From: Rhizodiscina lignyota
Taxonomy: Eukaryota
DNA: 64,000 bases
Reading direction: 5' to 3'
Assembly: GCA_010015805.1 (NCBI GenBank)
Contig: ML978128.1
Span: 372,001 to 436,000 of the forward strand
A program made the position numbers and the translations under genes. Shown in pieces: positions 63,266-64,000 of this stretch (position 1 is the first letter of the stretch; each line of letters opens with the position of its first letter). The notes beneath the pieces are model-generated. The model saw only the letters and a program-made list of their open reading frames with translations. It was not told where the DNA came from and did no database searches.

Positions 63266-64000
63266 ATGGTCATGAACATGCCGCTCGTGAATTCCGAGTG
63301 GCGGGCAGTCGTTGTAGACGAGGTTGACGAAAACGAACTCTATCTTGGAGCAGATGGCCGATATCAAACGCTACACGATCTTCCGACTACGACTCTAAGA
63401 GCTGTGCTTTCCTGCGGATTCAAGGCCAACATTCTATTCGCATGGGAATGTCCTTTGGCCACAGAGCTGTTACCTAACGATGATCCTCGAGTTGCGATTC
63501 TCTCCTGGAGGTGGGACGGCAAAGCACTCAGTCTGAACCCAGCAAGCGGATCTCGGAATATCCTGCGAGCTCTAACTTATGCTAAAATGAGTGGCATCCG
63601 GTTCCTCTTCGTGGACATTGTCTCCATTGACCAGACTGCGGATAAAGCAAGATTACTCGAACAAGTCATAGCGTTCTCTGAGATGTTCAAGACCGTTAGA
63701 GTCATCTGTGCCTACGAGCAAAGTGCAGGAGATACGCTCGACACCCTTCACCGGCCTTGGATCAAAAAGGAGATGCGCGACATGACTTTCAATCCTACCG
63801 TGGTCACATACTTATCCCGTGATGTTCAGGAGCCATCCTGGCAGGACGTGGACATGTATCAGCGCGCCTTGGGGCATCATACTGGTTCCGATTTCATTCG
63901 ATTCGAGTACGAGTTTAGTAGCAACACGGGCCTAGACTTTACCGATACCATCCTTCGGGTGCTCTTTGGACTCTTATCGATGGTTTCAGTTAATGACTTC
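63266..64000 (+). CDS. Divergent HET-domain (heterokaryon incompatibility, TIR-related) protein, 3'-truncated by the window edge
   Basis: Open frame from ATG 63266 to the window end, absent from the ORF track because it has no stop. VAILSWRW, FLFVDIVSIDQ, EQVIAFSEMF and HRPWIKKE parallel the HET motifs ALSYxW, LWIDAICINQ, QVxxMxxIY and RxWxxQE. Confidence 0.65.
   Translation, partial: MVMNMPLVNSEWRAVVVDEVDENELYLGADGRYQTLHDLPTTTLRAVLSCGFKANILFAWECPLATELLPNDDPRVAILSWRWDGKALSLNPASGSRNILRALTYAKMSGIRFLFVDIVSIDQTADKARLLEQVIAFSEMFKTVRVICAYEQSAGDTLDTLHRPWIKKEMRDMTFNPTVVTYLSRDVQEPSWQDVDMYQRALGHHTGSDFIRFEYEFSSNTGLDFTDTILRVLFGLLSMVSVNDF

Noticed and set aside
1..64000. Transposons, Starship/tyrosine recombinase, RIP-degraded AT-rich blocks, CRISPR arrays, TPP riboswitch
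   Set aside because: No transposase or RT motifs, terminal repeats, AT-rich islands, spaced repeats or TPP consensus were seen by eye.

Overview
Gene-dense genomic DNA of a filamentous ascomycete (Pezizomycotina), judged from short GT-AG introns with CTRAC-type branch points and fungal gene families. About 21 protein-coding genes are supported. Conserved housekeeping genes: TOR kinase, Brl1/Brr6, Utp21, RCC1/Pim1, an Edc4/Pdc1-like protein, UBL-WLM protease and Rex2. Transporters: DHA1 MFS, sugar porter, AzgA and Mae1. Enzymes: GMC oxidoreductase, CYP52-clan P450, double-GFA protein and a secreted 5'-nucleotidase-like protein. Two genes look like fungal innate-immunity genes: a HeLo-like + ankyrin protein with no visible NOD, and a divergent HET-domain ORF that runs off the window end and is missing from the ORF track. 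The most unusual element is a ~130-nt intergenic unit at 52283-52419. It has an upstream TATA-like element, tRNA-type A and B boxes and an oligo-T terminator, but it folds into three hairpins rather than a cloverleaf, making it a candidate unannotated Pol III ncRNA. No transposon, CRISPR array, rRNA or canonical tRNA was recognised. All family assignments come from reading motifs by eye; no database search was run.
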